Shown here piece by piece: positions 38,901-53,900 of a stretch of 64,000 nucleotides of DNA. Source of the stretch: Owenia fusiformis (lineage: Eukaryota); contig CAIIXF020000001.1 in the NCBI GenBank assembly GCA_903813345.2, positions 23,994,001-24,058,000 on the forward strand, written 5' to 3'. The translations under genes and the position numbers were made by a program. The notes beneath the pieces are model-generated. The model was not told the DNA's origin and did no database searches. It was given only the letters and a program-made list of their open reading frames with translations. Each line of letters begins with the position of its first letter. The stretch's first letter is position 1.

Positions 38901-41900
38901 CTATCAAGAGGCATAAAGGCTTTCAAAATAATGAGAAAAAATAGAGATTATCTTATATGAGGTTCATGATATTGGGATTATCCCGAGGCCAATATAATAT
39001 ATCTGCCTGAGGGCCGTAGGTCCTGAGGGAAGACATCTTATATTGGCCAAGGGAGTAATTAAAGTGATTATGCGAACATTACAAAAATGAATCAATATGC
39101 TCTATTGACTTCTTTTTCCTTATTGACAAATTCCTGTGGTTCGGAGAGGGACGTAAAGCTATATCTGCCAGCTGATGAAAATATAAGTTTTTACAAGCCT
39201 GCTTTATGTACCTGTAACACATCCAAGTATGGGATAAAGAACATGTATGAACAATTTGTGACTTAATATTCACAATTTCAATTGTAGATGCCTACTACAT
39301 TGGTTGTGTTGAAGGAATGCTGTCAAGTGGGTTTGGTCTTCCAATAGATGGTGCTTCTGAATGTCGTTCTGAATGTCCCTTTATTGGTCAAATAGCTTCA
39401 ATTTATTCAACATCGTAAGTATTGTAAATTTTGTATCTTGCGCAAACAATGATATGTTAACTTTAAGCTCAGCTTGTTTGATAATATGAGCACTCCATTT
39501 ATCCATTATAGTCTGCCAAAATGGCAGGCTAAATTAACCTGTTTCAAAACCATACTTTACCCTGGGATTGGAATGTCTCATACCACCACAAGTGGTGACA
39601 TATTGTTATAGTTTCATACTTTTTTGTGGACAGTGGTCAGTTGTTGGTGTTTAGTGGTTACCAGTATCTGTAACAAATAGCAAGTGGTGACATTTTGCAT
39701 GTTGCAATTTACCACAAATTGAAAGCTCCTTAATCTCAGACAAAATTAACCACCCCTATAAAATCATTCTTCTGCAGGATTTTTGTTGGGAGCCACTCTG
39801 AAACATTGTTTTCTATTATAATAACCTATTATTGAACACATTTACGCAAACACTTTTGTTTTAAATAAAATGTACAGTCTGTCCATGTTTTGATTAGGTC
39901 CTCGTCACATCTTAGAATTCACAATGATTTCCAATTTATCTATTGTTGCATGCATATTGAGCTTCCAAATTGTCATTGTTACTTTATAGAACCCCTACGA
40001 TGACTTGTAGTTGTATATCTACAGACACAATTTTGGAGACTGATTCGATGAATTTACTGCAACCCATTGAGACATGTTATAATCAATGCAGTGTAAACGG
40101 AACAATTGCTTCAATGACCTGTGGAAATGTCAATGCCACACCAGTAGCAAGTAGCATTTATTCATCAGGTTTCACTAGGTATAATGGGGTTTTCCTTGAG
40201 CTAAATGGTGACATGGGTACCTCATTTGTCTTGATGAGTCCAACAGTAGAGTCTCCACATATAGCTATAATCGGAGATCAGTGGTCTATTAAAGATGATT
40301 CACATTCTGGTTTGATGTATGGCATGTATAGTCTCATTAAATGGGGTCCATCTTTTGAGTTCAGAGCAGATCAGATTTCTAAGTATGAACCATGGAACTA
40401 TAACTATAGCTTGAGTGATATTGGTGATCTTGAAATAATGATAAGCATCAGAAATATGCTGTTTGAATTTGTTGATGTCATACCCATCTCAGTGGTGATT
40501 GGTGCAGCTGATGTACAGATAACTCCACCTGGAGAATTGATAACTCCTGGAGAACAGATTTACAAATTGTCAATGTCTCGTGGTCTAAATCTGACATGTA
40601 GCATAGCATGGGATGATAACGTCGAGACATTTACAAATATGAATAGTGATTCTTCAAGTGACATGAGTATTACCATCAGTTCAGATGAGACTAAGTGGAT
40701 TGAAGTGATCATAGACTGTTATGATCCATATCAGCCCAGACTGATAGAAGGGAAAATATTTGATCATTTTATTGTTGCTGAGGCCTCTCTTGAAATTAGT
40801 TCAAGTTCTATCATGGTTCACTCTTTTCATAAGTATTTTACCATTCCAACATATTTTGTGATAGATACTCCCATCGTATACATAGATGGCATTCTTTTAC
40901 CCAACGTGACACTTGACAGCAACAACATGCTCCTATCACCAGATATGAGTGAATATGCTGTTGGTCTACACATTCTACATATTATTGTATTCAATCCTCT
41001 TGGCGTCCAAATAAAATCTGCCAATCTGATTATTATGCCTGCTCCCACATATGGAATGGAATCATTGTCACTGCCAACCATTACTGGCACTACAGCTGGA
41101 ACAGGATCATTTTCAGTGATGTATAATACTAGTGAAACAATAATCATGCTAGCTCTAGTTGATGGTTATGCTGATTTTGTAGCTGCATTTAATCCAGACC
41201 CAAGTGATAAAACTGAAATTGGCATGGCCATAGACACACCTGGTATATATTCTGCTCATATTGTAGATGGAGTACATTATTATCAACCAACGCAAGTGTA
41301 CATTGTTCTTCCAATTGGAAGTGTTAACCTGAATGCAACTGACGCATATTACATTGAGGAGCCAACGACGCAATTCTTTGTCTCAGTGGAAAGTGAAACA
41401 CCAAATATGACAATCACTATTGACCTACAGGATGGCATTTTTATTGAGGACCATGTCACACTTGCTGCAGGGGCTCCAATGGAATTTGAACATGAATTTC
41501 AAACAGATATAGCTCCAATATCTATTCCCATTGTTGGATTAGCAGTATCTTTGGCAGAGGAATTGGTCTTCAAAACCGTAGCCAACATCTTATTATACAA
41601 TGAACTGGACTTGAATGTAGACAAATTGATTGTCAACACTTCAGAAAGTTTTACAATAATGTACACCAATGTAACTGGGTTTAACATTTTGTTTACAACC
41701 CCAGAAGCAGATATTGAATTCCCAGCAGTGAATGTGTTCAACAGATCTACTCAATCATCAGTTTCCACTTTCTTACCAAATGAGGGAATATATTTCTTGC
41801 CTTCTTTTGTGGACAACAATGACACAAGAAGCTCTGCCTCTTTAATCAAACCAATTGTTGTCCAGAATCCACTGATTGATATATCTATAAATGAAAGCAT

Positions 41901-44900
41901 TGATGGAGTCTTGATATCACAAGAACAGAGTGTTGTTTTAACCTTGACCCATAACAATGAAGTGAATCTACCCACAAATGTTTCATGTGTTCTAGATACA
42001 GGAGCAGGAATCCAGGATGAAACATCAGTTTTCTCACTGGAACCATTCCATGTTTTGATTATAGATTATGAGGAAACTGGCTCATATATGCTTAATGTTA
42101 ACTGTAGTAATCTTGTAAGTTCTGCATTGGTAGATATAGAAATTGTAATCGAAGATCTAACAATAGAATCATTTAATGTAACCATGATGACACCAGATGA
42201 TGTAACATTTCATGTTGAAGATCAAAAGACTCTTGTAGAATTCCAATTGATGATAGATGGTGTAGAATGTCTAATGGTGCCCCCAGAGGCAGAGTATTTT
42301 TGGACCTATGGTGATGAAACTGCAACTGATACCAACATGACTGAATGCAAACATGTCCATAAGTATGACAAGAAAGGTACTTATACTGCAGAACTCACTA
42401 TCAAATTAGATGGACAACTGAGGGTATTTTCATTTGACATAAAGGTAGGGATCCTAAACATTTCCACTGATGTAGCTGAAGGTGTAATGGGGGTGGATGA
42501 CCTTACCCTTAAAGTCATAGGATTCGAAGGAGATCTGAGTATAACTATTGAAGCCATGAATGTCAATGACCCCACAGTAACAAGTAAAGATGAACTATCT
42601 GCAATTGCAGTTGATCAGACAGCTGTGCTATTGTACATATTCTCAATACCAGGAGAGTTGTCTGTCAACTTCACAGTTGCAAATGATACACACATTGAAT
42701 CAACACAGTTGTTATCAACCATTATGATGTATGCTCCATGTCCTGATTATGAAATCAACTATTTAGGCCCCGAATTAACTATCACACCGGCAACTGTTGA
42801 AGTTGAAGTCTCACGTATTCATCCTTATCATCCTGATGATGCCTTGTTCTTCATGGATTATGGAGATGGTAATCCAAGTATGCCAGTAACTATAGAAACT
42901 TTTGAATCCACCTTACTCTCACATGATTTTGTATTTGATGGAACTGCAAATTTACAATTGAGATGTACAAGTCCACATGGTAACACTGAGTCATATCTTA
43001 ATATTGATTTCATCGAGGATATGACAGAGCTCACAATGATACCTCTTGGTGAAACGGTTCCTACAGTTGTTATACTTGGATCCAATGTAGAATACATATG
43101 CTCTGTTGCCTCAGGTAGGGGTGTCACGTTTTCGTTGAGTATCGGATCACATGAAGTAAAACATCTCCCAGGGAATCCAAGACAAGCTTTATTTAACCAC
43201 ACTTTTGTGACCGTAGGACTGAGTACAGTAATATGTAATGCAACTGACTTTTATGGCAAAACATTGTCATACACACAGCAAGTTCAGGTAATGAAAAACC
43301 TCATTCTTGATGTTGAAATGTTCCACATTGATGGCCCTGAAACAGTCACCTTTGATTATGTAATGAGAGAAGCATCGGCTGAATTTGTTATTTCTATTGA
43401 TGGTTTTGGATCAGTCATCCCTGAAGGTGTTCTTGTTGCCTGGGAATTTGGGGATGACTCTATTGGAGTACCAATGAATAATCTTACATCATACTCAGAA
43501 ATGCATTCATTTTTTGATGCTGGTACTTTCATTGTCACTGCACTGATCCATTTGCCTTTGGGTGAAAGTTTTACACTGTCACATACAATAACAGTGGTAA
43601 AGCCATGTTTGTGTCCAATCATATCTTTTGATGAAAGTGTGATTCAAAGAGATTCCCCTCTTACAGTGATCAAATCACGCTCAGCAGGCATCACACTTGG
43701 TGTTACGCAGAGATGTGATGGACAAGCATTCAAACCTAAATACAGCTGGCATTTATCACAACTTGAACTAGGAGTATATGAATCGAGTCCAATAGTATCA
43801 TCTCTTTTTACAATCCCCAAAAAGACTCTAAATGATGGTTTGTTCATTGTGACAACTTCAGTGGAACTAACTGGAAACTTGTCATGTAACTTAAGTGCTT
43901 ACATGCATCTTAAAGTTGTGAAGACCCCATTGGATTGCAAAATCTTTGGTGGTGAAACTGTTGCTGTAGGTGTAAGTAACAATCTGATATTGCGAAGTGA
44001 AACTATTGATCCTGACTTACCCATTTCAACTGACTATAGTGGAATGACCTATAGCTGGACCTGCACGAAGATTCCAGTTGACCCTGATAACATTGAAGAA
44101 ATCCCTGTTGAACAGGATGGTGATGAGTGCTTTCCAGATTCCCCTAATCCAACTGATAGAGAGGTCATACATACCGAAGCAAAAACAGCTGGCTTTTGGT
44201 ATATAAACAATTTAAAAGTACAGAAAGATGAACGGTCATGCAGTGCAGTCCAATCTGTTAGAGTTGATGATGGAAATACACCACAATCTGTAATAAGGCA
44301 AGTCCTTTTAATTTTGTGCTGTGGATATTTTGTATATCTATGCTGCTCTTTGTTTTTTCTTATTGAAATAATAACAGAGACTTTGTTTCAAATATTCATC
44401 TCCCCTGTTATATTCTTGCTTTTTAATATCCTATAATGATATTGTATAATTTTGTGTTTAGATGTCGGGCTAACTGTCTAAAAAAGGTCAATCCTGCTGT
44501 TGCCTTAGTGATTGAAGCAATGTGCACTAACTGTGTGTCTGAAGAGGGTGTGCTTTACAACTGGAAGTTGTATAAGGAGAAACTGGGGGGCACATTTGAG
44601 GAAGTAACAGATGTGTTGGGAAACGGTAATTAATATCTGTTAATATCTGTTCCATTGGAGTGAACTAATCTTTAGATGTCTTTAATTCCAAACATTTTCA
44701 TTGTTTTCCTAAACAACCTTTCTTAGCGTGACCATTAAGTTGCATTTCTATGTCTATTTAAACGCTGCCATTTAAACCACACAAGGAAAAAAAATTAAAG
44801 AAAATATTGATAGAATTGAATGCATCATTAGCTTGATTCATTAGTTGGCTAAAAGCTTGTGTCTAAATCCCAAAGATATTGATATTTTCTAGATTCTTCT

Positions 44901-47900
44901 CGTCTGAATACTAAAGGTGTTACAATCCCGGCAGGGGGATTGGAAGAAGGAGGAGTATACCAAATGAAGAGTATAATATCTAAAGAAGGGGAATTGGATG
45001 GATTCAATACGCACACTATTATTTCAACTTTCCTTCCTTGGGGAGGGAGGTGTTCAGTTGAACCTTTAGAAGGTATTTCACAGTTTTGATTCACTTATTG
45101 TTCAGAGCAGGAAATGTGTAACCACAAGCACCAAAAAGGGAAATAACAAGTAGTTCTATAAGGGAAAGCAATGAAAAAAAATCTTAAAAGAAATCATACG
45201 CATTGAACGATATCTAATTTCCCGGGGAAAATTACCGGTCCAGAATATATTCTAGACCGGTCCATATGGACCACCACTATGACGTCACACATTTCTCAGG
45301 TCGATATAGTAAAATGAATGCCTTCTAAACTAGCACTAAAACCCCTAGAACTGGCCCGGCAAGGTGGTAATAATACATGTTGAAGAGGGGTAGATTTATT
45401 CTTACTTCTCTTGTTTGTTTGTGTAATGCTTGGATTTAAGTTATTATATTCAACGTAATATTATTTTATTTAACATAAATGCATTTGTTAAAATTGCCAG
45501 TTGACCAATCAGAATTCTTTCAGGTACTGCTCTCCAGACTGTATTCAAGTTGAGCTGTTTTGATTGGATGGATGAGGGTGGTTTAGATGCTTCTGAAGAA
45601 CCTGTTCTGTCATACAGATTCTTTGCCAATAATGACTCTGTGTCATATGGGCGTATGTAAAATTCCCAAATTGAATATTGTACATGTATATTGCAAGGGC
45701 AAAGTTGCTGATTCTATTCAAAGTCAACAAATTCATTATTGAAAAAATTGTTATTTGAGACATATCTTTTATGTTTTTTATCTTATATGTAAGTCCAAAT
45801 GTTAAAGTAATCTCATGCAAATGTTAAAATAAACTCTAAATCCTATAAAGTTTTGTAATTAGGGTTTTAAGAAATATGAAAATCAAGGATTCTCTATTAT
45901 CAGAAAATCGTGAAACTTGTGTTCTTAATTAATTGAACCTTCTTCTTAATTGACAACTAATAACTCTCACATGTAGATATGTCGTTGTGAGCCTTTACCC
46001 TGTTGTGTACATTCAATAAACATTGATAGTGTTTTCAGCATTATATGAATTTCTCTTCAGAGGAGTCAGTAGCAACTAATCTCATTCTACCTGCTGGCCC
46101 AGACACCAATGATCACATGATGGAATACAGAATAGAAATATGTGACGCTTATTTAGCATGTGCAGAATACTCAGGACATATTAAGGTTACTTGATGTATC
46201 ATATATCATATTTAGATTTATTCGTTGCCATATTGTCCCTCATCTTCTTGGTCATAGAGCTCGTATCTACATTTGTATGACAAGGGAATTTATATGACAC
46301 CACCAAAAGTGGCGACTTTTTATAGTTTTCAATTTTTTGTGGATTGCGTTTGGTGTTCAACAGTCGGTGTCTGTAGCAAATGGAGTTTGGTAGTCAGTGT
46401 CTGTAACAAATGGCAGGTAGTGACATTTTGCATGTTAATGCCTCATCTAATGTTGTCATATTTACAATATTTTTGAAATGTATGTATGATAACAACAATC
46501 ATAATGTATTATTGCAGGTTAAGCCTCTTGTCAGTATTGCTGTACCAATTGATGATGAATCTGATGATACAGTGAGTGAAGCAGAGCTCCAGGAAAAGGC
46601 AGTGGACAAACTAGCTGGCTCCTTAGACACTCTTGCTTCACTAGAGGATGTTGGTAACCCTAAAAATGTCCGCACTATGATTATGTCTTTGTCAAATACA
46701 TTAACAACAGCAACACCCGCTCCGGTTAGTTTTATATTATATTACATTTTGCTTTTAGTTCAGTGGAACTGGATCTTCTTAATTTCACATTTCATATTTG
46801 AAATAATAAACATACATTATGTTTCCATTTAAGTAAAGGCTTCTCTATGGTATAATTTGAATCCAATATACATAGAAACACTGCTAGCCTCTCTGCTAGC
46901 ACCAGTGTATTTACTTTTACAAATTTTCCATAAATGTATTTGGCAAAACTGTATTTGAAACTGTATTTGTCAGAAATGCATGTACAATTTGGCATGGATC
47001 AACATTATAAATATATTGTATTTGTACATTTTAAAACCTCCTCAAAGTTTTTTATTGGTAGTGCAAGTGAATTCTACATTTATAAGCCAAAGCCAAACTT
47101 CGTACTCTATGGTTCTTTTAAACTCTTCCCTCTGGAAATAGAAAGTATTAAAGGAATAAAGACCAATATTCTATGATTTATGGCGCAGTATATGACCAAA
47201 AACTTTATTCTGTTCATTGTTAAGACTGAAACCACGTAGCGATTGAGGTCTTTGGCAATGGCCAGAATAAAATCTGAGGTCAAATAATTGCCATAAATCA
47301 TAGAATTGAGGTCTTTGTCACAATTCTAATATGATAAAGTGCACAAGTGGTCATATATGCCCCAATATAGACTAATTAATCAATTGTTCTAGTTATTGTA
47401 ACGTCACATATCATATTAGAATAAGGAATAAAGACCTCGATCTAATGATTTATGGCATAATATATGACCGAAAATTTTATTCTGTTACATTGTTAAAAGA
47501 TCGGAATGGTGTAGCGATTGAGGTCTTTTGCAATGGCCAGAATAAAATTTGAAGTCATCTCGTATGTATCTCCTCTCCCCATTAGGGTCATTAAGAATAA
47601 GACCTGTCTTATTACCACTACCAGCCAGATTAAATTTTCATTCAATCTTTGATTCTCATAAGCCTGCATTGGAAGACATCCCAGCAGAAGAAGCAATTGG
47701 AGATCGCCTAATGGAACAGGAATCAGTTGTCACTGCCAAAGCTAAACAGGTACGTGTAATTATTGAAGCACCACATGGGAGTCTGCATATTACCTAGAGT
47801 CCAATTTCTGAAAAATTTCAAAATGTAATGAGGAAATAATAAAAAAAATCAGATATATGTGTAGTGTAAAACTGTTGTTTTCTAGATGAAGAGTGCGATG

Positions 47901-50900
47901 GTGGATGCTGCTGTGTCAAGCTGTTCTGGGAATAATGCCCCTATAGATGGAAATGCATTGCTACAGTGTGGATCAGCCATAGGTGCCGTCACTGCCAATC
48001 CTGATCAGCTCACAGAGGAGGCTCAGGTTAATAGTCAATTCTCATTGATTACTGTAGATTGGGTTAATTTGGCGCTAATTAATTTGGCAACTTTGCCATT
48101 TTTGCATATTGGCAGCTATTTGATATTCGTCAAACTACGATTTTATCATTGATGGAGACGATTTTGACGACATGTGTCCATTTTCATCATTCAATAAGGC
48201 TCAACCTGAGACTAACATAAAATTTTATGATGGTCTCAGGCTCAACATACACTTTTAGGACAACTGTAATGATTAAAAGCTATTATTGTAATCTTGAATA
48301 TTGTTAATGAACCTGGCTGTCTATCGATATAGGGTCCGAGAGCGAGAAATCAAAGATGATACATTCTTCCACCAATCTTCAGTAAAACTAATTTTCAAAG
48401 ATTGCGCCTATAAAACTGTATTTGCAAGATTGCTAGGCAACTGCCATCAAATAGATGGCAACAATGTATGACTATTCGTTGTTCTACGATTTCATCGACG
48501 ACGTGTTTCGAGAAATGCAATTTGGAAAATCATGGACAACATTATAGAAAGCAAAAAATCGTTAATCTGAGAATCATTTATGACGGTGTATTCGAGAAAC
48601 AGACTTCCGACTAACCCAATCTACATTATACAAATAAACATCATAGAGATAACAGGTGACATCATGGTATTGATGTTCGTGACACCATTTTATGAAGATT
48701 TTTGAGATTGAGAATAGGATGTAAGATACATATTTTTTTAAATATGACAAGACATGGCACATTTCATAAAGATAAGGAAGCACAAAGCCCAAAAGGTAAA
48801 CCATTACTAATTATTTAAAAGCATAAGACAGTTGACATTTATACTGAAGGCAAAACAGATGATACAGATGGTAGTTTATTCGTATCTTAGTTATGGGAAT
48901 ATTATGTGGGGCATTATGCAACAAAAAATCATTTGAACTGACTTTTTATTTTACAAAATAAATTCCTTAGAATAATGACAGACTCTCCAAGAACTGCTCC
49001 TTCGAATCCTATCTTCAGAGAGTTCAAAATATTGAATATTTTTGACATAAATAAATTTCAGATCGCTACATTTGTGCAGAAAACTGTGACTGAATTAAAA
49101 GATTTTCCATCTCGTAATTTCAAGCATTTTTTCAAGAGAGAATAAACATACATTCCCATGATAAGAGAAATAAATATAATTTTGTAATAAAAGAGATTTA
49201 GAACTGAAAATGGTTGTAAATCAATTGCGGTAAGTGGAGCGATACTTTATAACTCTTTGTCAACAGATTTTCAAAAGGCAAAACCATATAAAACAGTTTG
49301 AAAAATGATCTAATATGATCTTATTAATCAATACCAGTGATACTTTGTGCTTCCATTAGTTCTTTTTTCAATTTAATTCAAATTTCTTCTGGTTTACAAC
49401 TAAAACATTTTTCATATATTGTATGAAACATTGTAGGGAAATGTTATAGGGAAACCTGTTTATATGTCAAAGTGATCCAGCTAAGTATATTGAATATATT
49501 CATCCACTTTTTAGGAAGCTGCTCTGAATGCTGCTACTGAACTTGCTGGAGGTCTAGAGGCCATGGCTAATGAAGGGGAGGTTGATACTAGCCAAGTTGA
49601 GAAAGTTGGCACAGGTACCCTCCTTTGAATTATTTTGGATTACTTATCCTAAAATTGAACAAAATGTTATGACATAAACTCTGGATTTTAAGGGGATCTT
49701 GTATTCTATATGACTATATAATATATGGACATGAAATGTGAAAAGTAGATTCTAATGGAATTGACTTTATTTTCCACTCTGTGGATGACAAACAAACCTA
49801 TGACCTAATAAAGTATTAGTCTCTCAGAGGCCATCCACAATTGTTTTATATATGATCCATTACATTGAGTAAGTGCCAGTTTTGTAAGTTTGGATCAAAT
49901 TGTACAATAATCTCCCCCAGACATTTAGTGAAGTGTACCAGTTGCTACCAGTCTAAGGCGCATAGGGCTGCAGTAAGCAACAGTGATGAATGCTTGCATT
50001 TGGATTGTATTTCCAGCCATACTGGGAATAGTAGCAAGCAATGTGCCTATGGAAGAGAAGTCTGGGGCACTATCTACAAGCTGTGAAGACCTCCGAGATG
50101 CCACTAAGAGAACAGTCTGTCAGAAACAGATTCCACAAGCTGCCCTAAAGAAGGAAAAGGCTAAAAAACAGGTATGAGCTATAGATCAGTGAGGACTTCT
50201 CATCATCATTATCATCTTGCTTCATATTTTGGTTATATATGTTTATTAGTTGAGTATGCATAAATAACTGAATCTGAGAGAAATTATTATTAGAACAATT
50301 GAGCATTATGCTTTTTTAATGAGCTCAATTTTAGTTTCCCTTCATATACAGCACATTGTAATTGCCTTTGATTTTTAACTGTTAAAGTGTGGATTCAATA
50401 GGCTCCACACATTATGAAAATCAGTCAATGTAATGTCTTTAGCTTTGCATCTATTTCAAAACCTTTTATTTTGAAAATGATTCACTTATTAAGTGCTTAT
50501 TTCAGCAAAAGGAAAGATCGGATGCTCTGAATAAGAATGTTGCATCCATAGGAAATGCACTGAGTAAAACTCTGGCTGTAGGAAAAACATCAACAATTGG
50601 AACTCCTACTCTATTAGTTAATGTTGCCAGAACAAGTGGCAATGATCTAGCAGCTACTGAATTTCCTTCAGGAAATGATGGAAGCTCTATAGCACTATCT
50701 GGTGGCCTTGTCAGCAATGAACCAGTCAACATACAGGTAGGGATACCTTTTAGAAGTCTTTGATATTTTTCAAATTGAAGCATGTAGCACTTAATATGAC
50801 CAGGGGTCTTTTCTGTAGTGATGTATGTTTTTAATGGAATTCTTTTGGGACTTCTTTCATCTAAAATTAACTAAACATGGATGAACATGGATTTGCTGCT

Positions 50901-53900
50901 TATAAAATTGTTATGAAATCTATATAAAAATGTTAATTAATGAATGTGATGAAAAAAATGATAAAAACTAGGTCAATGTGAATGAAATAAATATGTCATC
51001 TCAATTCTTCATTATGTCACCACCACAAGTGGCGACATTGTTATGGTCTCCAAATTTTTGTGGATTGTGTTTTGCATTCGACAGTTGGTTGTTGGAGGTT
51101 GATGATTGGTATTTGGTGTCAATAACAAATGGCAGGTGGTTGCATTTGCGTGTTAATGCCTTGTTAATACATATGTTCTAGCTTACCAACACAAAGGGCA
51201 ACATAGCAGCATTTGCTGAAGGGGCTGATAGTGTTACATCAGGGATCAATACTCTAAGCCTATTCAATGAAGAAGGTGCTGTCAAACCAGATGGAGTCGT
51301 AATACAACAGAGCTTCAATGTAGCTGACTTTGTGAAAAGGCCAGGCCAGAAAATTAAAGGAAGAAGAGGGAAAATGGCATATATCAAGTAACTATAGCAA
51401 CAAATGTTTTAATAAAACATAAACATACAACAACAATTATTTCACATTTTGCAGATTTTGATTCTAAAAATATAATTTTTTTCTTATTGTATTCAATCAG
51501 TGCAGAATTATTCAAATAAATAATGTTTGTCATGTTTGTTATTATTTGTTTAACGTCATAATTATCATTATTTAGGACAGAAACTTGTGAAAAGCAAGAT
51601 ATGCAGATATCAATGTCAGATGGCAAAGATAACCAGGTCTTCAAAATAGCAATTAAGTGTGGTGAATATCCCAAAAATCCAAAAGATAGCAATTGTGATG
51701 TCATAACATTCAAGCCTGCAGAAAGTGATGTCATAATTGTTCCATATGAGTGTGTGGCAGACTGTGTCTGTGATGGGGATATCACTATTGGAGCACTGAT
51801 ACGTACCAAGAAAGGAGGTAAGTCAACTATTTGTATTGTTAGTACCTCAGTGTAAATTCTCGCATCTGATTGGTCAATTAGCGGTCAACCTTTTTGCCTG
51901 TACCCCACCTGTGCATCATGGGATATAATATTATTGACCGCGTATGTTACTGTACTGTGCTTGTGAATTATGGGGAATATGATGTCATAATGTTTACAGA
52001 AAAAAACATGGTAGATGAGTGGCGTGGTTCGGAGAGAAGATTGTGAAATGAAGCTATGATTGATGATTGTCATCTATATGTGTATTATTAGTTTCTTTTG
52101 AGTAACAAAACAATTGTATACCTCAACTGTAAACTTTGAAACTACTGTACTGTTGACCTCGATGTTCGGTCTCTGTCAACAGTAGTTTCTTGGTTTACAG
52201 TCTCAGTATACAATTTTATCGGTCGACCTCTGGAGTGGTCAACAATTGTATATTACCAGAAGTCAAAGCTGTACCATGACCAATGTGTAAGTTTGCTACA
52301 CATACACTATAAATATGATTGGAAGAGATGTAATTGAGATAGCTTGAAATGGAAGAATATGCGTAGGTATATGTTTCTCTTCTGCCCTATTTCACTTGTG
52401 TCAATATTGTTAACTTATAGACACCAATTGTCTCCCTCTTATTCGTAAAATTGATTCAGGAAGAGGTAAAAGACAAGCAGACAATAGCAACACAACAGTT
52501 GAAGATGATGACTACTCTGATTACATTGACTGGAACACTATTAGTGAGGCTGAACTGGAGGATATGGGAATAGACCCTGATGATGCAGGAGACATGCCTG
52601 ATACAGATGTAGCTAGTGTTGGCTGTAAGGTCTTCAATGGAACTGATTGGGTATCAGATGGATGCAGGGTAAATGTTGCATATTCCACGTTGTGTCTACA
52701 ATATGTAAAGGTTATGTACTACTAGGTTTTTCATGTTGGGTTCATCCTAAGAGAATTTTTTTTTTCAAGAACCATCTTCCAAAGGTGTGAATTCAGACAT
52801 CATTTTAGTTTAGTTTAGTTAGTTACTTACTTTTATTCTCAAACTATTATACATTCATTTTACATCAACATACATTTGTGAGACTTTTTCAAGTGGATCC
52901 ACTCTTGCTAAAAATATTTTTATGTCTGAGAAAAATCTTCTTTCCAAAAACAGTGGACATATAGATAAAAGCTGATTCTGATAAAAGTTTATAACTTTTT
53001 TAAACAAATAAATTTAAAAGAAAAACATGTATATTTGCCTTTCAGATCTCCCCATTGTCCACAGCAAACAATACAAAGTGTGATTGTGATTTGGCAGAGA
53101 CACCTGCTTTCACATTTGCCACATCATTCATGGTCATGCCCAACACCATCGACTTCAATGCTGTCTTTGCTAACTATGACTTTGGGCGTAACGCTGCAGT
53201 ATTTGCCACGCTGTTAGCATTACTTGCAATATATATTCCCATAGTGATCTGGGCTCGCAGAAATGATAACAAGGACATTCTAAGAGTAAGTATATGGAAC
53301 ACAATTTGTATGGACTAAACTCATGACTTAATAGAAATTTATCAATATGATTATATCGGCACCATTATATCATATCCATGAAGATAACTCTTGAGAACCC
53401 AACATGACAAGAACGCTTGTGTTACTGAAACCATTAGTAATGTTAATTGTGGGGAAAACTGGGATAGACTACATTATGAAATAGCGAACTGCAGAAAAAC
53501 AAGCGACCATAAAACAGATGTATATTTTTAGTTCAAATAGGTAAACTTAAAATAGACAGGATCTCACGTCATAAACTCTACATTGTATGTAGACTTCTAG
53601 CTGTGCTCAATATATGCAGTATCCTCAGTAAATCATTTCTTAATTTCCAGTGGGGTGTGACCCTGTTGAAAGATAACGACCCTGATGAGCACTACTTTTA
53701 CATCATCAATGTATATACTGGGATGAGACGTGGTGCTGGGACAAAGTCTAAGATCAGCTTCATACTTGCTGGTCAGGATGAGGACACTGGAGTTAGACAA
53801 TTAGACGATGGCCTACGAACCGTAAGTGATTCAGGGGGTATTGATAAAAAATTCTAATACAGTATTACATTGAAAAAATATCATATGTATCAAATGGTGA

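Noticed and set aside
40827-43847. Series of minus-strand ORFs within the giant exon
   Set aside because: Antisense shadows of the long plus-strand frame.
45236-45272. Short palindromes (ccggtccagaatatattctagaccgg, ggtccatatggacc)
   Set aside because: Too short and isolated to assign; probably a TE fragment.
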